A stretch of 26,925 bases of DNA. Source: an uncultured Gemmatimonadota bacterium (GTDB lineage: Bacteria > SM23-81). Where the stretch lies: assembly GCA_964584035.1 (NCBI GenBank), contig CAZOYL010000002.1, forward strand, positions 31,035 through 57,959, written 5' to 3'. Of the stretch, positions 24,909-26,925 are shown piece after piece; the first letter of the stretch is position 1, and each line of letters starts with the position of its first letter. The translations under genes and the position numbers were made by a program. A model generated the notes under the pieces. The model had not been told where the DNA came from, did no database searches, and worked only from the letters and a program-made list of their open reading frames with translations.

Positions 24909-26165
24909 TCAGATTCGATATCCCACGCTGACCATGGCGCGAAGCTGAGACTCCTCGACACGATCCTTGCCGGATCGCTCCACGCCGCCATAGTAGCTCT
25001 CGGGAAACAGATCCTCCTGCCGCCAGCTCCGGGTGCCGATCTCGCCGCCGAGATCGATCTGGAATCCCTGATAGGTGAAGCCGGTGCCGAAACTTACGGC
25101 CGTGGTGGTGATCGCCTGATCATGATAGCTGGGCTGATAGCGAAACCCGAACCGGAAGGGGGCCCCGATGAAAAAGTAATGTTCGACTCCGCCGGAAAAC
25201 TGCCAGACATCCTCGAAATCCACCGCCTCGTCCGCGGTGTCCTCGAATTTGGACCACTGGGTGAACTCGATGTCGAAATTCAGCCGGGTGGTCAACTCGT
25301 TCCGGGGCCGGAATTCCACCCCCAGGGCCACGGTATGCGGATAGGTCCGCTCCAGCTTGACGGACGAATCAGGATCGGCGATGTTCTTCCCGGAGAAGGC
25401 CATAGTGCCGTCCAGGCGGGCCCGGGAGCGATAGACCAGGCCCAGTCGGAGGCGGGGCGAGATCTGCGCCACCGTGCCCAGATTCAGGCTGAAGCCGTCG
25501 GCATCCACCTCCCGGCGAAGATCGACGATGACCGTGTCGCCGAAAGCTCTTTGTTCAAAAGTGCCGCCGGCCTTGAGGTAATTGATCGACAATCCCACAT
25601 CCAGCCAGGAAACAACCTGCTCGGCGGCGCCCAGGGAGATGGCATAGATGCCGTCACGATGCTCCATGATGTTCTTGCCGATGAGGGCATCGCTCTCATC
25701 GCGGACTTCCTCGTAATAATCGTAATTCCAATCATACAGCGGGTAACCGGCCAGCGCCAGGTTGGGAAAACGGCCGGCCTCGGGGAAGGCCTTGACCATT
25801 CCCAGGGCATAGCTTCCATAAACGTTGGAGTTCATGGCATAGGTGTTGTAGTCCACGAACCCGTCGAAAGAGTCATGAAAGGGAAAGGCCCGGTCCTCAT
25901 CCACCTTGGTCAGGGCGATGCAGCTGTTCACCGCAAAGCTCTTGACATCAGCTAAATTAGCAGGGTTTCCGTGGAGGGCAAAGGCGTGCTCCCCGAAGGC
26001 TACTCCGGTCCCGGCCAGGGCCAGGGACCGGGCGTCGAACAGGCCCACCTGCTCGCCGTAGGGATAGCTGTAATAGGTGAAGGCAGCGGCCCCCCGGGCG
26101 AACGGCCATAACAGGCCAAGAGCCAAGAGGAGGAGGAGCCAGGACCTGGAGAAACGATTCATCAT
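24909..26165 (-). CDS. Outer-membrane beta-barrel, FadL/OmpP1/PorV-like
   Basis: Signal peptide; DARSLALAGTGVA....FALHGNPANLA plug motif; alternating amphipathic strands; terminal strand VSVGYRI. GGAGG RBS. Confidence 0.75.
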   Translation of the reverse strand: MMNRFSRSWLLLLLALGLLWPFARGAAAFTYYSYPYGEQVGLFDARSLALAGTGVAFGEHAFALHGNPANLADVKSFAVNSCIALTKVDEDRAFPFHDSFDGFVDYNTYAMNSNVYGSYALGMVKAFPEAGRFPNLALAGYPLYDWNYDYYEEVRDESDALIGKNIMEHRDGIYAISLGAAEQVVSWLDVGLSINYLKAGGTFEQRAFGDTVIVDLRREVDADGFSLNLGTVAQISPRLRLGLVYRSRARLDGTMAFSGKNIADPDSSVKLERTYPHTVALGVEFRPRNELTTRLNFDIEFTQWSKFEDTADEAVDFEDVWQFSGGVEHYFFIGAPFRFGFRYQPSYHDQAITTTAVSFGTGFTYQGFQIDLGGEIGTRSWRQEDLFPESYYGGVERSGKDRVEESQLRAMVSVGYRI

Positions 26166-26192
26166 GCTACAACCTCCGCATTGAATTCTGGA

Positions 26193-26924
26193 TCACCAGT
26201 TATAATCGATCTGCAATCGATACGAGTGGTTGCTATTCCTCACATTGGACCCTTCCGGGTCCAGACCGCTGGGCTCGTTGAAATAGCGGGCATCGATGTA
26301 TGTGCTGGGGAAATCATGTTCCACGGTGTACTTAAAACGAACGGCCAGCCGGCTGGAGATCCGGTCCGACACCGAGAACCAGTAACGATAGGCGTGCCCG
26401 TCCATGACGGTGAACTCGCTGTCCTCGAAATTCCAGAAAAAGCCATCGTAGATCCCGAAGAATCCTCTGAGCTTCAGATAGTCGTTGAAGAGGTGGGTTA
26501 ACGACATACCCAGAGCCTCGTTATTGGAGGTCACGTTGCCGGTGCTGGGACTATTCCCGTCCGGCTCGACATTATCCACCAGGCGGGGACGCGGCGGCCA
26601 GCGGGTAGAGCCGATATTATAGATGGCTTCTACCTGGTCATAGCCGGAAAGCCGCATCCGCAGACGCAGCCGGGTATCTATGTTCTTGAAGCTCCCGGTG
26701 GTGAGCTCATTGTCCTCGTCACGGTAGAGATAGGTCTGACGCAGCTGCAGCTGGAGGGGATAGATGGGCTGATAATCGATCTTGGCCACGGTCCGCATGT
26801 GCTGGGCATTGTCCGCCTTGCGCTTCCAGATGTCGAACTCCAGCTGCGGGGTCAACGCCCGGGAGATACGGTACCGGGAAGAGATATAGAAACCTTCCTC
26901 GGCCTGCGGCTGCACGGCATTATC
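26193..26924 (-). CDS. C-terminal part of a large outer-membrane beta-barrel protein; start lies beyond the window
   Basis: Frame is open to the window edge (..DNAVQPQAEEG). Aromatic/Arg-rich amphipathic strands, and a terminal YRLQIDYNW of Bam beta-signal type. Confidence 0.7.
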   Translation of the reverse strand, partial: DNAVQPQAEEGFYISSRYRISRALTPQLEFDIWKRKADNAQHMRTVAKIDYQPIYPLQLQLRQTYLYRDEDNELTTGSFKNIDTRLRLRMRLSGYDQVEAIYNIGSTRWPPRPRLVDNVEPDGNSPSTGNVTSNNEALGMSLTHLFNDYLKLRGFFGIYDGFFWNFEDSEFTVMDGHAYRYWFSVSDRISSRLAVRFKYTVEHDFPSTYIDARYFNEPSGLDPEGSNVRNSNHSYRLQIDYNW

Positions 26925-26925
26925 G

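Overview
GC-rich bacterial window. Its protein-export signatures (T9SS/FlgD-type C-terminal domain, a TWGKIK C-terminal motif, a PorV/FadL-like barrel) suggest an FCB-related lineage such as Latescibacterota, KSB1 or Zixibacteria; this is an inference. Genes from left to right: partial thi4, gcvT, uvrA, a stand-alone UVR-domain mini-protein, a secreted C1A protease with FG-GAP repeats, a double-LEA_2 lipoprotein, a divergent recJ and ltaE. Next come a gene remnant and a visibly lower-GC, translationally coupled four-gene operon: variant ACP, NagB-like protein with a remodelled phosphate site, ADP-forming acyl-CoA synthetase and GlmU-like protein. The right part holds pmbA and a Tat-signal tldD, a lamin-tail-domain protein, YyaL/SSP411, and an outer-membrane barrel / FadL-like barrel / altered-metal-site 5'-nucleotidase cassette. 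The best candidate for an undescribed system is the ACP-NagB-ACD-GlmU operon (12488-16952), and the barrel-barrel-nucleotidase cassette is second. No rRNA, tRNA, CRISPR array or transposase was recognised. All family calls come from motif recognition by eye, not database searches.
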